Of a stretch of DNA of 64,000 nt, positions 50,701-63,715 are shown piece by piece (positions within the stretch are counted from its first letter, which is position 1; every line of letters begins with the position of its first letter). The notes below the pieces were generated by a model. That model was given only the letters and a program-made list of their open reading frames with translations, had not been told where the DNA came from and searched no databases. Where the stretch lies: the NCBI RefSeq assembly GCF_963921235.1, contig NC_086097.1, positions 217,312,001 through 217,376,000 of the forward strand. Reading direction: 5' to 3'. Source of the stretch: Mobula hypostoma. Lineage: Eukaryota. The translations under genes were made by a program, and so were the position numbers.

Positions 50701-52760
50701 TAGTGACAAGTTAGAGGATTGGGAAGCTTTTAGAAACCAACAGAAGGCAACTAAAAACATTATTAAGAAGGTAAAGATGGGCTACAAAAGTAAGCTACCC
50801 AATAATGGTAAAGAGGATACCAAAAGTTTCTTCAGATACTTAAAATGTAAAAAAGAGAGGCACGAGTTGATATCAGACCATCAGAAAACAATGCTGAAAA
50901 GGTAGGAATGGGGGATAACGAAATGGCAGACATATTTTGCATCACTCTTCACTGTGGAAGACAATAGCAGTATGGTGAAAGTTCTAGGTGTCAGGGGTCA
51001 TGAAGTGTGTAAAGTTAACATTACTAGAGAAGGTTCTTGGGAAACTAAGGTCTGAAGGTAGACAATTCATGTGAACCAGATGGTGTACACTCCAGGGTTC
51101 TGAAAGAGGTGGCTGAAGAGAATACGGAGGCATTAGAAATAATCTTTCAAGAATCACTAGATTCTGGAATGTCTGGAAAACTAGAAAATTAAAAATATCA
51201 CTCCACTCTTCAAGAAGGGAGAGAAGCAGAAGAAAGGAAACTATAGGCCAGTTAGTCTGACCTCAGTGATTGAGTTGGAGTCGATTATTAAGGATGAGGT
51301 CTCAGGGTACTTGGAAGCACATGATAAAATAGGCTGTAGACAGCATGGTTTCCTCAAGGGAAAATCTTGCCTGACAAATCTTTTGGAGTTCTTTGAAGAA
51401 ATAATAAGCAGGATAGAGAAAGGAGAAACAGCTGAATTTGTGTACTTGGATTTTCAGAAGCCCTTTAACAAGTTGCCACACATGAGGTTCCTTAAGTTAC
51501 AATCCCATGGTATTAAAGGAAAGATTCTAGCATGGATGAAGCAGTAGCTGATTGGCAGGAGGCAAAGAGTGAGAATAAAGGGAGCCTTTCCTGGTCGGCT
51601 GCCAGTGAATAATGGCGTTCCACAGGGTTCTGTGTTGGGACCAATACTTTTCATGTTACATGTCATTTAATTTCGATGATGGAATTGATGGCTTTGCTGC
51701 AAAGTTTGCAGATGATACGAAGATAGGTGGAGGGGCAGGTATTTTTGAGGAAGTAGAGAGGCTACAGAAGGACTTAGACAGATTAGAAGAATGGGCAAAG
51801 AATTGGCAGGTGGAATACAGTGTCGAGAAGTGTCTGGTCATGCACCTTGGTTGAGCAAATGAAAGAGAGGCACAAAGGGACTTGCGAGTCCTCGTGCAGG
51901 ATATCCTGAAGGTTAATTTGCAGGTTGAGTCTGTGGTGAGGAAGGCAAATGCAATGTTAGCATTCATTTCAAGAGGACGAGAATTTAAAAGCAAGGATGT
52001 AATGTTGAGACTTTATAAAGCACTGATGAGTCCTCACTCAGAGTATTATGAGCAGTTTTACCTTAGAAAGAATGTGTTGAAACTGGAGAGGGTTCAAAGG
52101 AGGTTCATAAAAATGATTCCAGAATTGAATGGCTTGTCACATGAAAAGCATTTGATGACACCAGGCCTGTATTCACTAGAATTCCAAGGGTGACCTCATT
52201 GAAACAAATTGAATGGTGAAAGGCCTTGATAAAGTAGATGAGGAGTGGATATTTCCTATGGTGGGAGAGTCTAAGACCAGAGGACACAGCCTCAGTGTAG
52301 AGGGGTGTCCTTTTAGAACAGAGATGGAGGAATTCCTTTCGCCAGAGTGATGAATGTGTGGAATTTGTTGCACAGGTAGCTGTGGAGGCAAAGTCTTTAT
52401 GTACATTTAAGGGAGAGGTTGATAGATTCTTGTTTGGTCAGGGCATGAAGTGATATGGTGAGAAGGGAAAAGATTGGGGCTGAGAAGAAAATTGGATCAG
52501 CCATGGTGAAATGGCAGAGCGGGCTCGATGTGCCAAATGACCTAATTCTGCTCCTATATCTTATGGTCTTATTTGGAGGCAGAGTCAATGACTATTTTTA
52601 AAGCAGAGATAGACAGATAATTGAAAAGCAACAGGGTGAAAGATTACTGTGTGTAGAGAGGAGTTGAGGTCACCTTAATATCAGCCATTACCTCATAAAT
52701 GACATCACAAGCTTGAAGAGGCTAAGTAGCCTACACTTGTTCCTAATTTGTTTATTTATG
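47790..52760 (+). mobile_element. Nested CR1 cluster: old host fragments, 48350-49160 copy and near-full-length 49285-52570 copy
   Basis: Endonuclease motifs YDVVCITESW and MGDFN; RT motifs QHGFLKGKSCLTNL and KFADDTK; tail TCTTATGGTCTTAT at about 52560. Confidence 0.88.
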
Positions 52761-55076
52761 TACTTCACTACTATAATTCTAGTCTTCAAATATATTGATT
52801 ATAAAGTATTAATTTCTCCAGTCTGACTTTCTGTAAACTATTTTGTGTAATGCTAAGCATTTCACTTCTGAGCAAACAATATTATGTGTGTGAGTCTCAA
52901 CATAACAGTATGCCTGGATGCTGCTACCAAATATATGGGATCAATAATTACCACAAGTGTTTGACAAAGTTGAGCCGTACAACAAAATAAATTTTTAAGC
53001 AGCACCAAATTCCTAGTGATTTCCTTAGTCTCACTTGGGGTACATTTAGTAGCACAAATGCTATGTCTTCTTAACTCCTATGAATGTTTGAAACATGCAT
53101 CACCTGACTTGCTCTGCATTTTGTTATTATATTCAAATGATAGCATATGAAGTTGTTTTAGCTGCATAACCAAGAGACACCGGTGATTCCAAAAGGAGGC
53201 AAAGAATCAGAGTCATCATTGCACACAACCTGATACTCCTTCATAACTTCCCTACACTTTCCCTCCAGTCCTTTAATTTCGTTTTTCTAAAAACTCAAAA
53301 TTAGGGATGTGATGCACTTAAATACAAGTTAATGCAATTTTAATTGCACTTATAAGCAAAAGAGCACTCTTTTTCTCCTTCTCATTTCTTTGTTATTTAT
53401 GATCAAGAATGGCTTACAAAAGATAGGCAGGAGACATCTCTTCTTTCTGCGGTAAAACTCTGATAACCATTAGGAAATTCTGCTGTTTCAGATCCTGGGT
53501 CACCAGACTAATTTCTCTTTGTAGGGTCTCCAATTCCCACACTCCCTGACACACATTGGAATGCAGAAACCTTTTCTGTTTCTGTGTTCCCCAACTACGT
53601 ATTGGAGCACTAGTTCCCATGCTCCCTGAATACTCACTGGAGCACCAATTCCTGCACTCCTTGGAAACTTATTGGGCCCCCAGCTCCTGTGCTTCTTTTA
53701 AACCTATCTGGTTCAGTCTTCCCTTGAAATCTACATAGTTTTATCTCCCCTGTTTTCCTTAAATTTATTAGCTTCCCCAAAATGTTGCCTTATAACATCT
53801 TCTCCAAACACACATTAAAAGTGTTTTGGAGAATGAATAAAATAATATTCAATAACCTGGAAAATCTGTCAGTCTAAAATAACCAAAGTCCCAGGTAAGT
53901 TTTATTTTTACAGTGGAGAGTGGTAGAATACCGTTCAAGGATTGAGTTACTGTAGAAAATTATCCAAAAACCAATGCTGTAAATCTGAATTAAGCATTGA
54001 ACAATGCTGGAAATAATCACCTGATCCAGCAGCATCTGTGAACAGAAGATGCGAGGTGAGAATTCAACTAATGCTTCACCCTCCATGGATTCCTAGCTCT
54101 TTTGTTAAACATAGGTTAAACAAAAGATAAAGGAGGATTATAGGTTTTCTTTTAAATAACATTACGGAAGTTATGATTTGGAATTCTCTGCTAGAAGGTG
54201 GTCAGTGCCTTCAAAAAAAAACTACTGGATAAGCAATTGAGAGGGAATAAACTTATGAAGTTACATTAGGTGAAAAAGAAAAGAAATTAGACTTTTGTTT
54301 GCTCCATTAAGATTCAATGCACAAAATAAGCCAAGTTCACAAGAATAATCCCAGGAATGAAAGGCTTAACATCAGGAGCACTTGATGCCTCTGAGCCTGG
54401 ACCTGGTGGAGTTCAGAAGGATGAAGGGGGATTTCAATGACACCTACCAGAAACTGCAAGGCCTGTAACAAGCGGACATGGAGAGATGTTTCCACCACAG
54501 GGCAAGCAAAACTTAAGAAAATACTTTGTGCAGCCTCAACTTGCCTTCTTTATGTTTTTAGAAAAAACATCTGCTTCCACGTACAACTCACTTGCCTCTA
54601 CTTCCCCCTCCACACCTTCCTCATCTGGCATCAGTCTATCATCCTTCACCCCTCCCATAACATATGGGTCCCTATTTTACCACTACCCCCCTCTTCTTCA
54701 TAATGCCTATCTGTCCTCTCCAACGTCCCGATGTAGAGCCTTAACCCAAAAAGGCCCTGTGTGCCATCACCCCCCCCCCACTGAATTCCTTCAGCAGTTT
54801 GTCTCTTTACCCAATCCCAGCATCTGCGGTCTTCTTCCTATATCTTAACTGGAGACACACTAGTTTTCCACCCAAATGTCACCCCTGAAATTTTTACTAA
54901 TTTGAATCTCGTCCCTCTACTGAAGGGAAGTAGTTTATCCTATTTAGCAGGTCACAATCCTGAACACACTTTTTCAATCCACCTGTCAAAAGAGAACAAA
55001 ACCAGCTTCTCCAAGTATCCTTATAACTGAAATCTCTCATTCCTGGAATTATCCTAGCTTCTCTTCATAGCCTTTC

Positions 55077-55264
55077 TAAAATATGGTAACCAGATCTGGA
55101 AGCAATATTCCAGTTGTAGCTCAAAACTGTTTCTATAAAAGATTCAAAATGCTTTGATGGTCTTGAATTTCAATTAAAGACCATCAAAGCATTTTGAATC
55201 TTTTATAGAAACAGTTTTGAGCTACAACTGGAATATTGCTTCCAAATCTGGTTACCATATTTTA
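55077..55264. repeat. Near-perfect inverted repeat: 88-bp arms, 12-nt spacer
   Basis: 55077-55164 is the reverse complement of 55177-55264 with one mismatch (55096/55245). Confidence 0.95.
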
Positions 55265-55284
55265 CCAAATGCTCTATCCAAATG

Positions 55285-55347
55285 TACTCAGTAGCCACTT
55301 TATTAGATACCTCCTGTAAAGGAGCCTGGTAAAGTGGCCACTGATTG
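55285..55347. mobile_element. Tiny Tc1-MITE deletion derivative (TIRs only)
   Basis: ACTCAGTAGCCACTTTATTAG...TAAAGTGGCCACTGATTG. Confidence 0.65.
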
Positions 55348-57663
55348 TTTACATCTCAATCTTTCCACTTTGCAGCCAAGTTACAGTTGTAACATTTAGT
55401 CCCTATTAGCTTCTTTTGTTCTTCTTGTCACTTCTCACTTCAATGTATGAGAATTTATATCTGTTCATTCCTCCAATGTACAAAGTCTGCTCCTATTCTC
55501 CTCAGTGCTAAAAACATAAGTCAGCTTTGTGCTTTAAGCAAGTTTAATTTATTACTATATATATTAAGGACTACAGACATGCTTGCTGTAAACAGTTTCC
55601 AAACTTACAGATGACAAAGCTTAGAAATAACCAGTGAAAAGAATGGTAGAAGAAAGACTTCAATTACATTGGCTGGTGGAATTAGCAAACATGCACCAAG
55701 GATGTTTAATGCACTGAAGTGCAAGTGGCATATTTTTGCAGAGAACAAAGTAATATAGACTAAATGGTACAATTTTAAAATAGCTGCAGAATGAAAGAAA
55801 CTAAGATGGAAATATACACAAATCTTCTACAGTGCTTGAGTTAGCTGAGAAAGCGATTAATAAAGCATATGGAACTCCAATCCTCATGTAGACTCATCTC
55901 ATTGAAACCTATTGAATGTTTAAAGGCCTAGAAATCTAGGACCAAAGAGCACAGTCTCAAATACAGGAACACTCATTTAGCCAGAGGATGGCGAACCTGT
56001 AGAGTTTATTGCCAAGAACAGCTGTGGAGGCCAAATGGAGTACATTTTAAGCAGAGGTTGATAGGTTCTTGGTTAGTCAGGGTATTAAAGGTTATGTTGA
56101 GAAGGCACGAAGATGGGGTTGAGAGGGATAATAAATCAGAAATGGTACAGCAGACTTGATGGGCCAAACGGCCAAATTCTGCTCCTATGTCTTATATACA
56201 CACACACACGAAAAAGACAAAGTCAAAACATGGGATAGTCCAGATAGACTATGCAAAGAATTCCGAATACCGTACTATTGGCTGTGAGAAAACAAGAATT
56301 CGGAGCAAGAGGTGGCCATCTGGCTGTCAAGCCTGCTCTACCATTAAATAAGATAATGGCTGATCTGCCTGTGGACTCAGTGCCACCCACCTGCTCTTTC
56401 ACCATAATACTTAATTCTCCAAATATCTATTTAGTCTTAAGTATGCGATAACTTCTACCTGATTAAAAGACTGACAAAAGCAGCTCCAGAAATAAAAAGA
56501 TAAAAATAGACAAGATAGATAAATAGGTTAAAAATACCAACTCTCAGATAATACTGCATATTGTCCATCACCAGTTTGGTAAAAATACTGTATTTATCAA
56601 GACTTCAAATTTTCTGGTCCCATCCTGATTTTTTTAAACTCAGCGACCCTTATTCTGTGGGCTTCAACTTCTATAAACCTTTAACGTAGACATTTTATTA
56701 AATTCATTCTGAAAATCCAGATAAATGACATCATTGCAAAACCCCCAATCCTTCTCAGTAAAAGTATTCAAATCAGATTAGACAAGCATGATAACTCAAG
56801 CTTTTCATCGGAGCTAAACACTACGGAGAAAAAAAATCAAATATTCACTACTGAAAGCTCCCAGAAACCTCCACAAGGATTAAGAGCACAAAATAGTAAG
56901 CAAAATTTTCCCAAGCTGACTAAATTTGCTATTTCAGTAGTCAGTTGAAGTTACATTCTGTTGTGATTTATTCTGTGCAAAACCTCCATCAACAGTTAAT
57001 TAACTGTTCCCAAAATGTTTGGTTGCCTAACGACACTGTACATGTAAATAGATGGTCTCTGATTTTATGATCAAAGTGCAAAATTATCTTTTTCTCATTT
57101 TGGTCACATGTCAGAATTTGGATCACACATTTTGAATTATTTCTTACATCACAGCTGCAACAGTAACCACCCCTGCCTTGGTCCCATCCAATTCTTTGAC
57201 CCAGATTAAATTTAGAGGCTCAGGACAAATTTCCTTATCCTCAAAATCTGTAGTGTGCTCAACTTGGGCATAGCCCCCAGCCCACCCCGAAGAAATTTGT
57301 TTTTAGCAATGCATAAAAGCACCATGTGATTAAAATATATAATTGACTTTTAAAATATGTACACTTTCTTCAGCTGAAATAAGCAATTAAACTTGTAAAA
57401 CACATTAAGGTATCCAATCAAAGCAGCTCAAAAATAAACACAAATCAAAAATTCCAAAGGACAATCCTATTAAAACAAATAGCTTTAACTGCATCAAAAC
57501 AAAACTGCCATTGCTCAAATGATATTAATTTGCAATAAAATTTAATTATCTAGGTTAGTGGAAACACAACTAAAGCTAAAATAAGAAAAAAGCATGGATA
57601 AAAGAACAAGTCCAAGATGAAAAGGCTAAGCAATTCTAAAGGGTGAGTGCACAGAATCCTTAC

Positions 57664-57768
57664 AGCTCCTACTCGTTTCCTTCTGACTTCATTCTCTGCT
57701 GACATTAAGAGTAGTTCAAGTTCCTTTATTCTTTTCTCTTTATCAGGATCATCATCAATATGTGGTTG
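57664..57768 (-). CDS. MYBL1: MYBL1 coding exon 8: transactivation (KIX-binding LxxLL) motif
   Basis: QPHIDDDPDKEKRIKELELLLMSAENEVRRKRVGA; ttcag acceptor, GTAAGG donor; 105 bp. Confidence 0.96.
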
Positions 57769-58369
57769 CTGAAATGAACATGTAACAAGAGAAAAAAAGA
57801 GAGAAAGAACAAAAATGGAGTGACAGACAAAGAGATGAAGATATGTTGTTCACTCTTTCATTCAAGTGCATAAACTTACAAGGTTATCAATGCTACAAAC
57901 TTTTAAAATTTGGCATTGTGAAAAAATATAATCCTTTAACAGGATTAATGAATCATGAAGTGAAAGCATCAAATGAATGGGCCAGTAAAATGTTTTTCTG
58001 CTTTTACTGTATTTTTAAAAACAGATTAAGTGCTAAACTGCAATGTAAAGGAGCAAAAGCTTTGAAGTGGATCACAAATCTAAGAGGCTGGATGTTCTGT
58101 ATATTGATGGAATATAATTTGAAATAAAGTTGAATGAGAAGTTGTCACAATTATTTTCAAAATAATGCCTGTATCTGGATTCAGACATATGTTGTATCAT
58201 GGATAACCCAAGCAGAAAATAGGTAAAGCAGAGTAACATCACATAAAAATGCCAGAAACCTTTCAATAGTATCTCATCCGAAACCTGGCAAGATATTAAA
58301 AATGTCTGGCTAGTACTGTATGTTTACTGACAAGTAGTAAATTAATTCAAAAGAAAATATTGTTCTTAC

Positions 58370-58438
58370 TTGTGTTAATCCTGTTGTGGAATTATCTATG
58401 CAAGGTGCTTCTGAAGCCAAGTATGTATGTCTCAGGCC
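58370..58438 (-). CDS. MYBL1: MYBL1 coding exon 7
   Basis: ttttttttaaag|GLRHTYLASEAPCIDNSTTGLTQ|gtaaga; 69 bp, in frame; position matches the A-Myb segment before QPFIDED. Confidence 0.85.
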
Positions 58439-58531
58439 CTTTAAAAAAAATAAGATAACTCAATTTTATTTCATAATTATTAAAACGTCTATTCAAAACT
58501 CAGCATCAATAAAGCTGCTGCACATGAATTA

Positions 58532-58807
<276 letters not shown>

Positions 58808-59734
58808 TCACAGAAGCAGACAAAATACTAGATACTTGGATAAGAACATTGCTTTTCATAGAACAATTTCTAGTATTCATATCAAATTGTTTTATTATGA
58901 ACAACAGCTTAAAATACATCCATTTAAACATAGGTATTGATAGAATTTAATTCAAACTGTTCCGTTAAAACATTTTTTTTTTCTATCCATATTCATATTA
59001 CCCTAACATTTAAAGGATGGTGAAGATTGCAATAGTAGGGGTGAAATCTAATAAAGTTAGCAACACAAGTGTACTATAGGTATAATTAGAATCTATAACA
59101 GATTTCCAATATTACTGTAGAACTAAGAGCTCTATGCTATAAGAATATAAACAATAAAAGGATGAGTGGTGCCTATTAAAGGATAAAAATGGGAATGATC
59201 AGGGCACTAAATAAGTACTTTCCATCTGTCTTCAGCAAGGTGCTTCAAAATAATGATGAAGGAAGAGATAGCCAAGAAATGAGGGAGGTTAAAAAGTGAT
59301 AGCATGGAGGCATTAGAAAAGTTAGTTGAAAAAGTAGGCAAGTCAGTCAGACCAGGTGGGGTGTATCCTAGGAATTTGAGTGAGGTACAGGAGAAAATGA
59401 AGAACATTGCACATAAACTTGCTCCTTGGATAAAGGCTGGAGTTACAGGACTGGAAAGCAGCAAATATTACTCCCTTTTATGAACAAGGTCACAAGGATA
59501 AGCCAGTCAGCTTAAGCTCAGTAGTGGGAAAACTTTTATAAGTATTAATAGTTACCTAGAGAAAAATGGATCAACTCAGAACACGTGACATACATAGACT
59601 TCTAGGAGATTTTTGATAAAGTATTACAAAATAGACTTATTAAACTGAAAAGCAAGACATAAAAGGAACATTGATCGAATTAACATGAAAATAGCTAAGT
59701 AACAGAAACTAGATAATTACAGTGAGCAAGAGAA

Positions 59735-59830
59735 CCAATCCTGATGAAGGGTCTCAGCCTGAAACGTCAACTGCTTACTCTTTTCCATGGGTGCTGCCTG
59801 GCCTGCTGAGTTCCCCTAGCAATTTGTGTG
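59735..59830 (+). mobile_element. PLE terminal fragment with intact hammerhead core
   Basis: CTGATGAAGGGTCTCAGCCTGAAACGTC. Confidence 0.75.
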
Positions 59831-60536
59831 GAATTACAGTGAACAGTTTTTTTTTGGAGTGGAAGAAAATAAACAATGATGTTCCTTAAGGGAATTATGC
59901 TGGCTATGTTTTTTCATTGATCCATATTATTGACCTAAACTTGGAGGTGCAAAATACTATTTCTAAAGTTTCAGATGACAACACTTGGCCATATTTTGAA
60001 CTTCAAGGAAGTTATTGATAGGCTGCAGCAGGATGATGAGAGGTTGGTGGAAAATGCATTGCAGATAAAAGGTTAATAAAAAGAAATGTAAGGTTTCTCA
60101 TTTTGATAAGAATGAGGAAACAATATAAAATAAAGGATACTGTTCTAATAAAGAAGAGGAGCAGAAAAATCTGAAGAATATGGGTGCCAGTATCACTGGA
60201 TGCAAGATGGCAGGATGAGAAAGCAGTAATTAAAGCATATATAATTTTGAACTTTATTTTCTGTGCCATTCTTAATAAAAGCAGGGAAATTATGCTCAAA
60301 TTTATTAACAACCTGGATGTGGGGGTAGAAGGGTGGGTTGGCAAGTTTGCAGACGACACAAAGGTTGGTGGTGTTGTGGATAGTGTAGAGGATTGTCGAA
60401 GATTACAGAGAGAGACATTGAAATGATGCAGAAGTGGGCTAAGAAGTGGCAGATGGGTTCAACCCAGAGAAGTGTGAGGTGGTACACTTTGAAAGGACAA
60501 ACTCCAAGGCAGAGAACAAAGTAAATGGCAGGATAC

Positions 60537-61205
60537 ACACATCAAAGTTGCTGGTGAACGCAGCAGGCCAAGCAGCATCTGTAGGAAGAGGTGCAGTCGA
60601 TGTTTCAGGCCGAGACCCTTCATCAGGACTAACTGAAGGAAGAGTGAGTAAGGGGTTTGAAAGTTGGAGGGGGAGGGGGAGACCCAAAATGATAGGAGAA
60701 GACAGGAGGGGGAGGGATAGAGCCAAGAGCTGGACAGGTGATAGGCAAAAGGGGATACGAGAGGATCTTGGGACAGGAGGTCCGGGAAGAAAGACAAGGG
60801 GCGGGGGGGACCCAGAGGTTGGGCAACGGGTATATTCAGAGGGACAAAAAGGAGAGTGAGAGAAAGAATGTGTGCATAAAAATGAGTAACAGATAGGGTA
60901 CGAGGGGGAGGTGGGGCCTTAGCGGAAGTCAGAGAAGTCGATGTTCATGCCATCAGGTTGGAGGCTACCCAGACGGAATATAAGGTGTTGTTCCTCCAAC
61001 CTGAGTGTGGTTTCATCTTTACAGTAGAGGAGATCGTGGATAGACATGTCAGAATGGGAATGGGATGTGGAATTAAAATGTGCGTTCACTGGGAGATCCT
61101 GCTTTCTCTGGCGGACAGAGCGTAGGTATTCAGCGAAACGATCTCCCAGTCTGCGTCGGGTCTCGCCAATATATAAAAGGCCACATCGGGAGCACCGGAC
61201 GCAGG
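60537..61205 (-). mobile_element. Young PLE 3' part with a 14-bp TSD
   Basis: CVRCSRCGLLYIGETRRRLGDRFAE...LQPDGMNIDF; TSD AAATGGCAGGATAC at 60523-60536 and 61206-61219. Confidence 0.92.
60595..60630 (-). ncRNA. Minimal type I hammerhead ribozyme motif (PLE-associated)
   Basis: AGTC-CTGATGA-AGG GTCTCGG CCT-GAAAC-ATC-GACT: stem I AGTC/GACT, intact CUGAUGA and GAAA boxes. Confidence 0.7.
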
Positions 61206-62238
61206 AAATGGCAGGATACTTGGTAGTGTGGAGGAGCAGAGGAATCTGGGGGTACATGTCCACAGATCCCTGAAAGTTGCCTCACAGGTAGATAAGGTAG
61301 TTAATAAAGCTTATGGAGTGTTAGCCTTCATAAGTTGAGGGACAGAGTTCAACAGTCGCGAGGTAATGATGCAGCTCTGTAAAACTCTGGTTAGGCCACA
61401 CTTGGAATATTGTGTCCAGTTCTGATCACCTCACTATAGGAAGGATGTGGAAGCATTGGAAAGGGTACAGAGGAGACTTACCAGGATGCTGCCTGGTTTC
61501 GAGAGTATGCATTATGATCAGAGATTAAGGGAGCTGGAGCTTTACTCTTTGGAGAGAAGGAGGATGAGAGGAGACATGATAGCGGTGTACAAGATATTAA
61601 GAGGAATAGATAGAGCAGATAGCCTGCACCTCTTCCCCAGGGCACCACTGCTCAATACAAGAGGACATGGCTTTAAGGTAAGGGGTGGGAAGTTCAAGGG
61701 GGATATTAGAGGAAGTTTTTTTACTCAGAGTGGTTGGTGCGTGGAATGCACTGCCTGAGTCAGTGGTGGAGGCAGATACACTAGTGAAATTTAGGAGACT
61801 ACTAGACAGGTATATGGAGGAATTTAAGGGGGGGGGTTATATGGGAGGCAGGCTTTGAGGGTCGGCACAACATTGTGGGCCGAAGGGCCTGTACTGTGCT
61901 GTACTATTCTACGTTCTATAAATATTATAAAATACTGGCCTGGCCTCAACTGAGTGTGGTGTAAATTCTGATTGCCATTTTGCAGAAAGAACATGCACAC
62001 GAGAGAGGATCAAGAAAAGACTTACAAGAATAGCTCCTGGGGTAACGGACTACAGTTATAAAGATTGATTGGAGAACCTGGAGATTTGATATTGCTGAGT
62101 GGGGTGGATGGAACATCAGCTTCCCTTATATTGGTTAGAATAGGGCTGGATCAAAGGTGGTGACAGATCAGCATGTAGGAGGAAGATTGAAAACCTGGCT
62201 GAATGGTGCCACAACAAGCTCTTACTCAATGTCAGCAA

Positions 62239-62365
62239 GACGAAGGGTCTCGGCCTGAAACGTCGACTGTACCTCTTTCTAGAGATGCTGCCTGGCCTGC
62301 TGCGTTCACCAGCAACTTTGATGTGTGTTGCTTGAATTTCCAGCATCTGCAGAATTCCTGTTGTT
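62239..62365 (+). mobile_element. Short PLE terminal fragment next to the exon 5 donor
   Basis: GACGAAGGGTCTCGGCCTGAAACGTCGACTG...CAGCATCTGCAGAATTCCTG; nearly identical to 6171-6285. Confidence 0.85.
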
Positions 62366-62392
62366 TACTTTGCAATATGTCGCTTAACATAC

Positions 62393-62613
62393 CTTCCAGG
62401 AAGCAATTTTGCTATCTCTGCCCAACGATTTCCAAGACGCTTATGTGCCTCATATATTATTTTATCTTCTTCTTCTGTCCAAGAAGACTTCTTGACTTCA
62501 GGATTTAAATGATTGTGCCACCTTTCCCGACACTGTTTTCCAATCCTGCCTTTTAGGTATTTAGCAATTAGTGACCATCTTTTTGGACCATATTTCTGCA
62601 CTAATTCAATTAC
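62393..62613 (-). CDS. MYBL1: MYBL1 coding exon (exon 5 by analogy to human): Myb repeats R2/R3
   Basis: Encodes VIELVQKYGPKRWSLIAKYLKGRIGKQCRERWHNHLNPEVKKSSWTEEEDKIIYEAHKRLGNRWAEIAKLLPGR; acceptor ...tcacag, donor GTATGT; 221 bp. Confidence 0.97.
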
Positions 62614-63715
62614 CTGTGATAAGGCAGAACAAAAGTAAAGTTGAAATATTATACCACAAGTATCCAATTCCATACATTGTACTGTTTGAAATAAAATTAG
62701 CCTGATTAGCAAAAGAAAAATTATCTGATAATCCCAAACAGGAGATCTTATGTAAATTTTCACTTAGATTTTGTGATATATGGAATATTTTCTTTTTCAT
62801 CATCCTCAAATTTCTTCCATCCTTAATGCATTAATTCTCCCGAGGTACAGCCTATAAATGTTGGTATCCTCTTACACAAATACATATTCTTTTCTTATAA
62901 GCTTAGGTGAGTAAATTATGAAAAATTTACTTTCAGAAACCTATCCTCAATTCAAATATCTACCAATGCAGCTAAAACTAGTCGTCTCATGGGAATGAGA
63001 GAATACCTTATCTATATGGTCTAGCTTCTCATTTACTTAGTCAAATGATCAATTAACATGAATTACTCGTATGTTTCTATGTGATTTCCTCTCCAGTTCA
63101 CAAAACAAGACAAGTTAAATTCTGTGTTATTTCAAAATTTTAAATGGAAATTCCATGCAAATAGTTTCTCAAAAGCTTAAATTTATCCTTAAAACATACA
63201 CATCTGGATCAGCATTGCCACATAGATCATATTGAATGCTAACTGCTGATGTATACATCAGAACTTAAGGGAATTGCCAACTTTCAGCTGAGCTAGATAG
63301 GTGCAGACTAGAGCAGGCCTTGCCATGAAGATTGGACATGCCAAGATTCTCAAGGCATTATTCTGGGGGATCCAATGCAGCTGTCCCGTGAAAGATTGGT
63401 AAAGGTTATTTCAGTCCATCGTTTTAATGAAGAATATTCTTACTATTTCTGGTTACTTTAAATGTTTTAATTTGCTTCATTAACTCTATTCTCAATTTTT
63501 CAAGCAGTTTGATTACTTAATTATTTAAAAAAAAAATTCATAATTTTGCTTAAAGTGTTTCTAGCTTCTAGGGATATTTTAAAATGAAATTAAGTCTTCA
63601 CCCCTTAGCTCCAGTTATGGTATTTTGGTTCTAGGTCTCAATGGTATGCCATCAGAGGCCTGGTCACAACCCACATCTTGCCTCTGGGCAGAAGTCACCA
63701 GCCTGTCCTCTAGAA

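Larger units (their letters stand above)
59160..62090 (+). mobile_element. Old CR1 hosting a younger CR1 (60303-61918), which hosts a PLE
   Basis: GKFADDTKVGG; LERVQRRLTRMLPG...; younger 3' end at about 61915; old-element sequence resumes at 61920. Confidence 0.8.
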
